A stretch of 64,000 bases of DNA from Chthoniobacterales bacterium (GTDB lineage: Bacteria; Verrucomicrobiota; Verrucomicrobiia; Chthoniobacterales; DASVRZ01), in assembly GCA_036388355.1 (NCBI GenBank), contig DASVRZ010000079.1, positions 17 through 64,016 on the forward strand, read 5' to 3'. The notes under the pieces are model-generated. The model saw only the letters and a list, made by a program, of their open reading frames with translations. It did no database searches and was not told the origin of the DNA. Of this stretch, positions 37,942 to 46,598 are shown one piece after another. The position numbers and the translations under genes were made by a program. Each line of letters opens with the position of its first letter. The first letter of the stretch is position 1.

Positions 37942-38703
37942 CTAAACTGCGCGGCTGGGCAAATGCTCCACGCAGTATTCCTCGCCGTCGGCTGAGACGC
38001 GGAAATCCAGGTCTGGATCCGTGGCTTCTGTGCGTTTGCAGATGTGGCAGCAATGGAGCGTTTCCTCTTCCGGCCGCGCTTTTTCGCGGAACTCGTGTTG
38101 CCGCTGGGCAATCTCCTGCCGGTTTTGAAACGCCTTCACCATATCGACCCCGAAAAAGAGCAGGTAATTCGCCAGGCACAGGCCCAGCATCCCGTAATTT
38201 GCGAGACTCCCAGCGACAGCAATGTTCGCCACCAACGAAAAGATGGCGATCCATTTTACCTTTACCGGAATGAACAGAAGCAAAATTTGCTCGTCGGGAA
38301 AAAGCGTGGCGAACGCCAGAAGCAGCGAGAGCGACAGGTAGATTGGCGTTCCGACAGCGCCAAAAGCGAAAGTGGCCACCACGGTGGCGAGCCATCCCAT
38401 CAGATAAAAAAGCGTGAGCCGGGTCGCGCCCATGGCTTGTTCCAGCGAGGTGCCGATGAAGAAAAGAAGCATCAAAGCAAAGATCCAAAACAGGCTGTAA
38501 GTCGAAGGAATGAAGGCAAAAGTGAGGAAGCGCCAGAGTTCTCCTTGCAAGACTTTGTGCGGCTCGAGCGCCATCATTTCCCGGGTCTCCGGCATCGCCA
38601 GACCGATGATGAATGCCGCTGAACTCAGGAACGCGACGTAGCGAATGATTCCTGGGATGGCAATGGGCGCGGCGGCGCGTTCGAGTTTATTAAGCAGGGA
38701 CAT
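37942..38703 (-). CDS. Rhomboid-like polytopic membrane protein with C-terminal Cys-rich (zinc-ribbon-like) tail
   Basis: GELWRFLTFAFIP (rhomboid TM2-type motif) and six hydrophobic helices, but no GxSG seen. Tail: LHCCHICKR...EEYCVEH. Confidence 0.6.
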   Translation of the reverse strand: MSLLNKLERAAAPIAIPGIIRYVAFLSSAAFIIGLAMPETREMMALEPHKVLQGELWRFLTFAFIPSTYSLFWIFALMLLFFIGTSLEQAMGATRLTLFYLMGWLATVVATFAFGAVGTPIYLSLSLLLAFATLFPDEQILLLFIPVKVKWIAIFSLVANIAVAGSLANYGMLGLCLANYLLFFGVDMVKAFQNRQEIAQRQHEFREKARPEEETLHCCHICKRTEATDPDLDFRVSADGEEYCVEHLPSRAV

Positions 38704-38831
38704 TAAGAAAGAGGCTACGGCGGTGGTTGCGAGAGGAATGTGGTGGATTCCTGTATATCTAAAACGCTCCTCGCGGGGAGAGAAGCTATGATTTTTTTGA
38801 CTTCTCTCCAGGCCACCCCTACAAAACCTTT

Positions 38832-39911
38832 GTGTCTGACTCCTCCCATCGCACCCCGCTTTACGACGAACACGTCCGCCTCGGCGGGAAAATGATCGAG
38901 TTTGGCGGGTGGGAAATGCCCGTCTATTACACCAGCATCATGGAGGAGCATCTCGCCGTGCGTGCAGCAGTCGGCGTGTTCGACATTTCGCACATGGGTC
39001 AGATTCTCGTCTCCGGGCCAGACGCTGCGACGTTCCTGAATCGGGTTCTCACGAACAACATCACGAAGCTCGCAGTGGGGCAGGGTCAATACACGTTGCT
39101 GCTGAACCAAAGAGGCGGCGTGATCGACGATCTCATCGCCTATCGGCTCGACGAGCATCTGTATTTTCTGGTGGTGAATGCGTCCAGGATCGAGGCGGAT
39201 TTCACCTGGCTGGAGCAACAGCGGGACGGCGAGGATATGGAGATCTCCAACCAGAGCGCCGACTACGCGGGGCTGGCGGTTCAGGGTCCAACAGCCGTGG
39301 CGTTACTCACCAGTTTTCTCGGGGCTGAGCTCCCGCCGCGCAATGGAATGATCGAAGTCGTGGCGCACGGCGTTAGCTTTTTGGTGGGTCGCACGGGTTA
39401 CACCGGGGAAGATGGCGCGGAAATTTTCTTCGCCACGCCCGAGGCCGTGAAGGTCTGGCAGAAGCTGCTTTCGCTTCGCGCGAAGCCTTGCGGATTAGGT
39501 GCGCGCGACACGCTTCGACTGGAGGTCTGCTATCCGCTGAATGGATCGGATCTCTCGCCGGAACGCACGCCTTTGGAAGCCGGCTTGGGACTTTTTGTCG
39601 ATCTGGCGAAAGGTCCATTCGTCGGCCGTGAGACATTGCAGGCGCAGAAAGCCTCCGGTATCACGCACAAGCTCACGCCATTTACGATGACCTCGAAAAG
39701 CCCGCCTCCGCGGTCGCACTACCCGGTGCTGATCGGCGGCGAAGTGGTGGGCGAAACGTGCAGCGGCGGACTTTCCCCAAGCCTCGGCTGCGGGATCGGA
39801 ATGGCTTATTTACCCGTCTCCGCAACTCCCGGCACGGAGCTGGAGATCGATGTGCGCGGGCGGAACTTTCCTGCCATCGTGGCGAAGAAACCTCTTTATC
39901 AAAAATCATGA
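38832..39911 (+). CDS. gcvT: Glycine cleavage system aminomethyltransferase (T protein)
   Basis: TPLYDEHVRLGGKMIEFGGWEMPVYYTSIMEEHLAVRAAVGVFDISHMGQI.. GTG start. Confidence 0.95.
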   Translation: MSDSSHRTPLYDEHVRLGGKMIEFGGWEMPVYYTSIMEEHLAVRAAVGVFDISHMGQILVSGPDAATFLNRVLTNNITKLAVGQGQYTLLLNQRGGVIDDLIAYRLDEHLYFLVVNASRIEADFTWLEQQRDGEDMEISNQSADYAGLAVQGPTAVALLTSFLGAELPPRNGMIEVVAHGVSFLVGRTGYTGEDGAEIFFATPEAVKVWQKLLSLRAKPCGLGARDTLRLEVCYPLNGSDLSPERTPLEAGLGLFVDLAKGPFVGRETLQAQKASGITHKLTPFTMTSKSPPPRSHYPVLIGGEVVGETCSGGLSPSLGCGIGMAYLPVSATPGTELEIDVRGRNFPAIVAKKPLYQKS

Positions 39912-40288
39912 ACGTCCCCGAAAAACTGAAATACGCTGAATCCCACGAGTGGGTTCTCCTCGAAGGCGACATTGCGACCGTCGGGATCACCGAGCACGCG
40001 CAAGCCGAGCTGACGGACATTGTTTACGCTGAGCTGCCCATGGTCGGCCGCCGCGTGGTCGTTAAGGAAACAGTCGCCGTGGTCGAATCTGTGAAAGCGG
40101 CAAGCGACATCTATTCTCCCCTCAGCGGCGAAGTCACCGAGGTGAACGCTGCCTTGGACAGCAATCCCGCGCTCCTCAACAGCGATCCCTTCGGCGAAGG
40201 CTGGCTTTTCAAATTGAAGATTGCAGACGCGTCCGAGATGGAATCTCTCAAGAGCGCAGCGGGTTACGAAGACCAGATCCGCGGATAA
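39908..40288 (+). CDS. gcvH: Glycine cleavage system H protein
   Basis: MNVPEKLKYAESHEWVLLEGDIATVGITEHAQAELTDIVY...VESVKAASDIYSPLSGEV (lipoyl-Lys motif). ATGA overlap with the gcvT stop. Confidence 0.95.
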   Translation: MNVPEKLKYAESHEWVLLEGDIATVGITEHAQAELTDIVYAELPMVGRRVVVKETVAVVESVKAASDIYSPLSGEVTEVNAALDSNPALLNSDPFGEGWLFKLKIADASEMESLKSAAGYEDQIRG

Positions 40289-40346
40289 AGCACGCTGAGC
40301 GGATACCAGTTTCCTGCGCCGCCATTGGTTCCGGAATTCCGCCGCT

Positions 40347-40375
40347 GTTGACAGAGCGGCCATTCGCCTCTATTC
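40347..40375 (+). promoter_or_regulatory. Candidate sigma70-type promoter upstream of rpoZ-smpB
   Basis: TTGACA(40347..40352)-17 nt-TATTCA(40370..40375), ~34 nt upstream of the rpoZ ATG. Confidence 0.35.
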
Positions 40376-40408
40376 ATCCGGTTCCTTTTAATCCGCCATT
40401 CCATTTTC

Positions 40409-40618
40409 ATGAACAGTCTGCTCGTCGAAGAAGCCCATAAAATCATCACCAACAGCCAGGTGCTCATCAACGTCGTCTCCAAGCGCGTTCGTCAGCTCAG
40501 CTCCGGTGCCCGGCCGACCGTCGAAGTCGGCCCGAAAATGGGACTCTCCGATATCGCGCTTCAGGAAATCATTGAAGGCAAGCTCCGGCTCGATCTTTCC
40601 GAGCCCGCAATCGTTTAA
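40409..40618 (+). CDS. rpoZ: DNA-directed RNA polymerase subunit omega (probable)
   Basis: 69 aa. NSQVLINVVSKRVRQLSSGARPTVE...LSDIALQEIIEGKL fits the RpoZ pattern. Confidence 0.65.
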   Translation: MNSLLVEEAHKIITNSQVLINVVSKRVRQLSSGARPTVEVGPKMGLSDIALQEIIEGKLRLDLSEPAIV

Positions 40619-40640
40619 TCGAGGTTGATCCGGCCAGATC

Positions 40641-41126
40641 ATGGCTGAAAAAGAGAAACGGGCGAAAACCCCGGAGATCACCACCAACCGCAAGGCGCTG
40701 CGGGACTACTTCATTGTCGAGCGGTTTGAAGCCGGCATCGAACTGAAAGGCACCGAGCTCAAGTCCATCCGGGCTGGTTTTGCGAATCTCACCAACGCGT
40801 TTGCGCGTGTGGACAACGGCGAGGTGTTCCTCATGGACGCCGACATTCGCGCCTACGATAACGCCAGCCATGAGCAGCATGTGCCCAAGCGCCCGCGGCG
40901 TTTGCTCCTCCACAAAGCGGAAATCCAGAAACTCTTCAGCGCCACCGCCATCGAGGGACAAACCATTGTCGCCCTCGGGATGTATTGGAAAAAGAGCCGC
41001 GTCAAAGTCGAGATCGGCATCGGCAAAGGCAAGGTGTCGCACGACAAACGCGCGGATCTGAAGGAAAAAGCCACCAAGCGCGAAACGGATCGCGAAGTGG
41101 CGCGCTTTAATAAGCACCACACGTGA
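40641..41126 (+). CDS. smpB: SsrA-binding protein
   Basis: NRKALRDYFIVERFEAGIELKGTELKSIRAG.ANL..AFARV.NGEVFL....I..Y......H...RPRRLLLHKAEI. Confidence 0.95.
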   Translation: MAEKEKRAKTPEITTNRKALRDYFIVERFEAGIELKGTELKSIRAGFANLTNAFARVDNGEVFLMDADIRAYDNASHEQHVPKRPRRLLLHKAEIQKLFSATAIEGQTIVALGMYWKKSRVKVEIGIGKGKVSHDKRADLKEKATKRETDREVARFNKHHT

Positions 41127-41193
41127 ACGCCGCTGAATTGTAACGCGCTGGAGAGACTGGCGCGATGTTTCCCCTTCCCCTGCGCGGCGTGGG

Positions 41194-42906
41194 GTGTTAG
41201 AGAAACCTTCCGTGTCTCGCTCGTTTGCCACCACTCTCCTTGTGGCCGTTGCGCTCTTCTTCGGAGCGTTCTTTTTCTATCCCATCGGGCTGACGGTGAG
41301 CGGAGCTTTTCGCGATGCCGCAGGCGGATTTACAATGGATTACGTCGCCGAGGTCTTTCTGAACCCGGTATACCGCGAAGGATTACAGAACGGCTTTCTT
41401 CTCGCGGTGTGCAGCACGGCCGCCAGCATTCTTCTCGCGCTGCCGCTAGCGTGGCTGGCGGATCGGTTCGATTTTCCGGGGAAGAAACTCCTCACCGCGC
41501 TCGTGCTGGTGCCGATGATTCTGCCACCGTTCGTCGGAGCCATCGGCCTGAAGCAAATCCTTGGAATGCAAGGATCGCTCAACGCGCTGCTTATCCAACT
41601 CGGCCTCATGGATCCCGATCATCTGGTGGACTGGCTGGGCAACGGCCGCTTCTGGGGCATCGTCGCGCTGAACGCGTTGCACCTTTACCCGATCCTCTTT
41701 CTGAACCTCACCGCCGTCCTTGCTAACATCGACCCGGCCCTGGAGGAGGCGGCGGAAAATCTCGGCTGCACCGGCTTCCGGAAGTTTTGGAAAATCACTC
41801 TGCCGCTTATCATGCCGGGGTTTTTTGCGGGCGGCACGATCGTCTTTATCTGGGCCTTCACGGAACTCGGCGTGCCGCTGATGTTTGACTACGTGAGGGT
41901 CACGCCGGTGCAGATTTTCCACGGCATCAAAGATCTCACGGGCAATCCGTTTCCGTACGCGCTGGTCGTCGTCATGTTGATCAGCACGATGTTGCTCTAT
42001 CTCGTGAGCAAGCTGCTCTTCGGCCGCAACAGCCACGCAATGATGTCCAAAGCGACGAGTTCTGGCGGAGCGCGTCCGGCTGGGAAATGGGTGGGCTTCC
42101 TGTGCTTTGCGGCCTTTGCTGGCGTCACGGCATTGGCTGTAGTGCCTCACGTCGGCGTCGTCCTCGTTTCGATCTCGAGCGACTGGTATGCGACCATTTT
42201 TCCGGCTGGGATTACGGCGCAGCATTATCATGATGCGCTCGGACATGGGCTCACCGTTCCATCCATTTCCAATAGCCTGAAATACGCGTCGATCTCTACA
42301 GCTATCGATCTGCTCCTCGGCACCGCCATTGCTTACATCGTGGTGCGTACTAACTTACGCGCACGGCACGTCCTGGATGCCGTAGCCATGCTGCCGTTGG
42401 CCGTCCCCGGTTTGGTGCTCGCCTTTGGCTACATCGCCATGACTCAAGAGGGGCGGCCATTTGCCTGGATGAATCCGACCGTCGATCCGACTCTCCTGCT
42501 GGTCATCGCCTACTCGGTGCGGCGCCTGCCGTATGTGGTGCGCGCGGCCGCGGCGGGCTTCCAGCAAACCAGCGTCACGCTCGAAGAAGCCGCGCAAAAT
42601 CTGGGCGCTTCTCCGCTCCGCGCGCTGCGCAAAATCACTCTCCCGCTCATCACGGCAAACCTGCTCGCCGGCTGTTTGCTCGCATTCTCCTTCGCGATGC
42701 TCGAGGTCTCCGACTCCCTCATCCTCGCGCAAAAGCAGCAGCATTTCCCGATCACCAAAGCGATCTACGAACTCTTCCAACTTCTCGGCGAAGGCCGCTT
42801 CGTTGCTTCCGCGCTGGGGGTGTGGGCGATGGTTTTCCTCGGCACGACGATCCTCGGCGCGAGCGTCATCTTGGGAAAAAAGCTGGGCTCGATCTTTCGC
42901 ATTTAG
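41194..42906 (+). CDS. Fused two-domain ABC transporter permease (FbpB/ThiP-like)
   Basis: Two MetI-type permease halves, each with an EAA loop (LEEAAENLGCTGFRKFWKITLPLIMPG; LEEAAQNLGASPLRALRKITLPLITAN). No ATPase or binding protein is adjacent. Confidence 0.85.
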   Translation: MLEKPSVSRSFATTLLVAVALFFGAFFFYPIGLTVSGAFRDAAGGFTMDYVAEVFLNPVYREGLQNGFLLAVCSTAASILLALPLAWLADRFDFPGKKLLTALVLVPMILPPFVGAIGLKQILGMQGSLNALLIQLGLMDPDHLVDWLGNGRFWGIVALNALHLYPILFLNLTAVLANIDPALEEAAENLGCTGFRKFWKITLPLIMPGFFAGGTIVFIWAFTELGVPLMFDYVRVTPVQIFHGIKDLTGNPFPYALVVVMLISTMLLYLVSKLLFGRNSHAMMSKATSSGGARPAGKWVGFLCFAAFAGVTALAVVPHVGVVLVSISSDWYATIFPAGITAQHYHDALGHGLTVPSISNSLKYASISTAIDLLLGTAIAYIVVRTNLRARHVLDAVAMLPLAVPGLVLAFGYIAMTQEGRPFAWMNPTVDPTLLLVIAYSVRRLPYVVRAAAAGFQQTSVTLEEAAQNLGASPLRALRKITLPLITANLLAGCLLAFSFAMLEVSDSLILAQKQQHFPITKAIYELFQLLGEGRFVASALGVWAMVFLGTTILGASVILGKKLGSIFRI

Positions 42907-42990
42907 CTCTGCCGAGGCTGGACGTTTTCCGTCGCGGCAGCAACATGGCTGCTGCTTTTGCGCGCCAACACCGTTACCAACTACGTCACT

Positions 42991-43320
42991 GTGAAAACCG
43001 TCCTGCTGCTTCTGATCTCCAACATTTTCATGAACCTCGCATGGTATGGCCATCTGAAATTCAAAAGCTCGCCGCTCTGGATCGCCATCCTCGCAAGCTG
43101 GGGCCTCGCCCTTTTCGAATACATGTTCCAAGTGCCGGCCAATCGCATCGGCGCGCGTCAATGGGATGTAGCCCAGCTCAAGATTCTGCAAGAGGCGCTG
43201 ACGCTCGCCGTTTTCTGCGTGGTGGCTTACTTCATGTTCGGCACGCCATTCTGGAAATGGAATTATCTCTGCGCCTACGTCTGCATCATGGGTGCCATCT
43301 TTTTTGCCTTCAATTTCTAG
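42991..43320 (+). CDS. DMT-superfamily small membrane protein (DUF486)
   Basis: (GTG)KTVLLLLISNIFMNLAWYGHLKF...FEYMFQVPANRIG. Start trimmed to GTG 42991. Confidence 0.75.
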   Translation: MKTVLLLLISNIFMNLAWYGHLKFKSSPLWIAILASWGLALFEYMFQVPANRIGARQWDVAQLKILQEALTLAVFCVVAYFMFGTPFWKWNYLCAYVCIMGAIFFAFNF

Positions 43321-43374
43321 TCTGCTGGGACTGGCTTTGTCCGGCCCTCTCAGCCAAACTCCGCTCCCTTAGTC

Positions 43375-44319
43375 ATGGCTCAATTTCCCAAAGAACAATC
43401 CGCCGACGGTAAATTTCAGCGCCAAGGCGACGCCTTCCGCAACTGGGTGCGTCGCGACGGCAGCTCCGAGTTCGCCGCTGAAGCCGGCCGCTATCATCTG
43501 TATGTTTCCCTCGCCTGCCCGTGGGCGCATCGCACCATTCTCCTGCGCACTTTGAAGGGATTGGAAGGCGCCATCGGCATGACCGTCGTGGATCCTTACC
43601 GCGACGAAAAAGGCTGGGCCTTCCGTGAGGGACCGGGACATTCAACCGACCCGATCAACCGCTTTCAGTTTCTGAGCGAAGCCTATCGCGCAACAGATCC
43701 TGACTACGACGCCCGCGTCACCGTACCCGTTCTTTGGGACACGAAAACCAGCCGCATCGTGAGCAATTCCGATGACGACATTATGCGGATGCTCAACAGC
43801 GAGTTCGACGCGTTTGCCAAGAACACCGTGGATTTCTATCCGGCGGATCTCCGCCCGAAAATCGACGCCATCAACACGCTGATCTACGACTCCGTGAACA
43901 ACGGCGTTTACCAGGCGGGAATTGCCACCAGCCAGTTTGCCTACGAGACCGCCGCCTACGCCATCTTCGACACGCTCAATCAACTGGAAGCGCTTCTCGC
44001 GGAGCGGCGTTACCTTTTCGGCGACCGCCAAACCGAATCCGACTGGCGCCTTTTTCCCACGCTCATCCGCTTCGACGAAGTCTATCACGGCCACTTCAAA
44101 TGCAATCTGCGGCGGCTCGTTGATTACCCAAATCTCTTTGCCTACGTCCGGGATCTTTACCAGCAACCCGGCGTGGCAGAGACCGTGAACTTCGGCCACA
44201 TCAAGTGCCATTACTACCAGACGCACGATGAGATCAATCCCAACCGGATCATTCCGCTCGGACCGATGATCGACTTCAGCGCTCCGCACGGTCGGGAGAA
44301 TTTGGTCATGCAGTCCTAG
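43375..44319 (+). CDS. Xi-class glutathione transferase / glutathionyl-hydroquinone reductase (YqjG/ECM4-like)
   Basis: GRYHLYVSLACPWAHRTILLRTLKGLE (CPWA active site), ...VPVLWDTK... Confidence 0.9.
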   Translation: MAQFPKEQSADGKFQRQGDAFRNWVRRDGSSEFAAEAGRYHLYVSLACPWAHRTILLRTLKGLEGAIGMTVVDPYRDEKGWAFREGPGHSTDPINRFQFLSEAYRATDPDYDARVTVPVLWDTKTSRIVSNSDDDIMRMLNSEFDAFAKNTVDFYPADLRPKIDAINTLIYDSVNNGVYQAGIATSQFAYETAAYAIFDTLNQLEALLAERRYLFGDRQTESDWRLFPTLIRFDEVYHGHFKCNLRRLVDYPNLFAYVRDLYQQPGVAETVNFGHIKCHYYQTHDEINPNRIIPLGPMIDFSAPHGRENLVMQS

Positions 44320-44332
44320 TTGGCTTGCCATT

Positions 44333-45043
44333 ATGAAACTCCTCCGCTCAGAGCTCTTCGTCTTTTTCGTCGTTCTTGGTTCGCTTGTCGGGTGCTGCGC
44401 GAAACCTGCGGCGCCGACCGAGCCCCCTCCAAAAATCCGTGTTGCCTGCGTAGGAGACAGCATCACGCAAGGCGTCGGCGCCGAGAGGGGCCGCTCTTAT
44501 CCGGCTCAACTTCAGGAGCTCCTTGGCAAGCATTGGGAGGTGGGAAATTTCGGAGTGAGCGGACGGACGTTGCTGCGCAAAGGCGACCATCCCTATTTGA
44601 AAGAACGCGCCTTCAAGAAAGCCCAGGCCTTTAACCCAAACGTTGTCATTATCATGCTCGGGACCAACGACACCAAAATTGGGAACTGGAGGTATAAAGC
44701 TGACTTCGCCAAGGATTACTCCGATCTCATCAAAACGTTTCTAGCATTGAAAACCCGGCCCAAGGTTTATATCTGCCGCCCGATTCCCGTCTTCGGAAAT
44801 GGCCTCGGAGCTATCAACGAGGCCGCCCTACAGGAGCAAATGCCCATCCTCGATCAACTGGCTCAACAGCTGCCCGTAGGGATCATCGATATGCATGCTG
44901 CCCTGGCTGGCCACGCGGAAACAGTGCCCGACAATGTCCACCCCAGCACCGAGGGCGCTGCTCTCATGGCGCGCGCTGCCAGTAAGGTTCTCCTGAAAGC
45001 TTTCTCTGCAACTCAGATAGCCGCCGAAAAGGCTGCCCCCTAA
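44333..45043 (+). CDS. SGNH/GDSL hydrolase-type esterase, lipoprotein
   Basis: Lipobox LGSLVGC, block I ACVGDSITQG, IIMLGTNDT, C-terminal D..HP. Confidence 0.85.
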   Translation: MKLLRSELFVFFVVLGSLVGCCAKPAAPTEPPPKIRVACVGDSITQGVGAERGRSYPAQLQELLGKHWEVGNFGVSGRTLLRKGDHPYLKERAFKKAQAFNPNVVIIMLGTNDTKIGNWRYKADFAKDYSDLIKTFLALKTRPKVYICRPIPVFGNGLGAINEAALQEQMPILDQLAQQLPVGIIDMHAALAGHAETVPDNVHPSTEGAALMARAASKVLLKAFSATQIAAEKAAP

Positions 45044-45105
45044 GCTGATAAAATAATCGATTGGTCGTCTTCTAATAAAAACCCCCACCGCACCGTCTCC
45101 TCCGT

Positions 45106-46539
45106 ATGAAATCCATCTTCACCGTCCTAGCTCTCAGCGTCACCAGTTCTCTCGCTCAATCGCAACCCGCGCAGCAGCCGGGTGTGGCTCTCACTATCTA
45201 TAACCAAAACTTCGGCGTGGTGCGCGAAACGCGGAACCTTTCCATCACCGACGGCAGCGTGCGCTTTCAGGATGTCGCGAAGCAGATCGACCCGACGAGC
45301 GTCCACTTCCTTTCCTTGACCGATCCTGACGCAAAAGTGCTGGAGCAAAACTACGAATACGACCTCGTCTCCGCCGACAAGCTTCTTGAAAAATACATAG
45401 ATCGCGATCTCACGGTGAAGACGGCAGGCGGCGCGATTTACACCGGAAAATTGCAGAGTTTCGACGTGAACCAAATCGTTCTCGCGCAAGCAGATGACAA
45501 AGGTCTCGCGATGATTCAGCGTCCGCAAAATGTGGTCGATATTCAGTTTGGAGCGTTGCCCGAAGGCCTCATTACCAAGCCATCACTCGTCTGGAAAGTA
45601 GCGACGGCCAAGCCCGGCGAACAGACTGTGGAGATCGCCTACCAAACCCAAGGCCTCGGCTGGAGCGCTGATTACAACCTGGTCCTGAACCCAGATGAAA
45701 CGAAGGCCGATCTGGGCGGGTGGGTCACGATCAACAATCAATCCGGCGCCACATACAAAGACGCGAAACTGAAGCTCGTCGCTGGTGATGTGAATCGGGT
45801 GCAGCCGCAGGCGAAGGATGCACAAGGCATGGGAACACGGATGGTCATGGCCGAAGCTGCCCCCGCCGAAGCAGGCTTTGAGGAGAAATCCTTCTTCGAG
45901 TACCACCTCTACACCCTAGGCCGCCCGGCGACCGTCGCGGAAAACCAGACGAAACAAATCGAGCTTCTCTCCGCGCACAACCTTCCTCTTAAGAAACTCT
46001 ACCTTTACAACGGTCTACCGCAGATGCGTTTCTACGGCGGGCTTCAAACGGACGAAAACTTCGGCTCCGAGGAATCCAACAAGAAGGTGAAAGTCTTCTT
46101 CGAGATCAACAACTCCAAGGAGAACAACCTCGGCATGGCCCTGCCGAAAGGAAAGATCCGCATCTCCAAGCGTGATCCTGCGGATAACTCACTGGAGTTC
46201 GTCGGCGAAGACGAAATCGATCACACGCCCAAGAACGAGAAAATCCGCATCACCACCGGCGACGCTTTTGACATTGTCGGCGAACGCAAGCGGACGAACT
46301 ACACGGTGAACACCCGCGGCAGAGTGGCGACGGAAAGTTTCGAAATCAAAGTCCGCAACCACAAGGACACCCCCGTCGAAGTAATCGTCAAAGAGACGCT
46401 CTACCGCTGGAACCAGTGGGAAATCACCGAGTCCACCGACAAGTGGAACAAGGAAGACAGCAACGCCATCCACTTCCCCGTCACCATCGACAAAGACGGC
46501 GAAAAAGCCCTTACCTACACGGTGAAGTACTCTTGGTAA
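45106..46539 (+). CDS. DUF4139 domain-containing secreted protein
   Basis: Signal peptide. LTIYNQNFGVVRETRNL...VHFLSL... and WSADYNLVL... are typical of the DUF4139/MuiA-like family as I recall it. Confidence 0.75.
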   Translation: MKSIFTVLALSVTSSLAQSQPAQQPGVALTIYNQNFGVVRETRNLSITDGSVRFQDVAKQIDPTSVHFLSLTDPDAKVLEQNYEYDLVSADKLLEKYIDRDLTVKTAGGAIYTGKLQSFDVNQIVLAQADDKGLAMIQRPQNVVDIQFGALPEGLITKPSLVWKVATAKPGEQTVEIAYQTQGLGWSADYNLVLNPDETKADLGGWVTINNQSGATYKDAKLKLVAGDVNRVQPQAKDAQGMGTRMVMAEAAPAEAGFEEKSFFEYHLYTLGRPATVAENQTKQIELLSAHNLPLKKLYLYNGLPQMRFYGGLQTDENFGSEESNKKVKVFFEINNSKENNLGMALPKGKIRISKRDPADNSLEFVGEDEIDHTPKNEKIRITTGDAFDIVGERKRTNYTVNTRGRVATESFEIKVRNHKDTPVEVIVKETLYRWNQWEITESTDKWNKEDSNAIHFPVTIDKDGEKALTYTVKYSW

Positions 46540-46598
46540 GGCTCTGATCCTCCGGCGGGGGAGGGTCTTTAGAAGGCTTTCTTCGAGGCGGCGGCCAA

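Noticed and set aside
41446-43191. 266-aa and 278-aa minus ORFs opposite the ABC permease
   Set aside because: Highly charged (R/D/E/H) translations antisense to a 12-TM permease with two EAA loops.
43642-44466. 274-aa minus ORF opposite the Xi-class GST
   Set aside because: Antisense shadow. The plus frame carries the CPWA active site.
46549-46564. CCTCC-GGCGGG-GGAGG hairpin between the convergent DUF4139 and ABC-F genes as a bidirectional terminator
   Set aside because: The stem is only 5 bp and the T-tract is weak, so support is insufficient.
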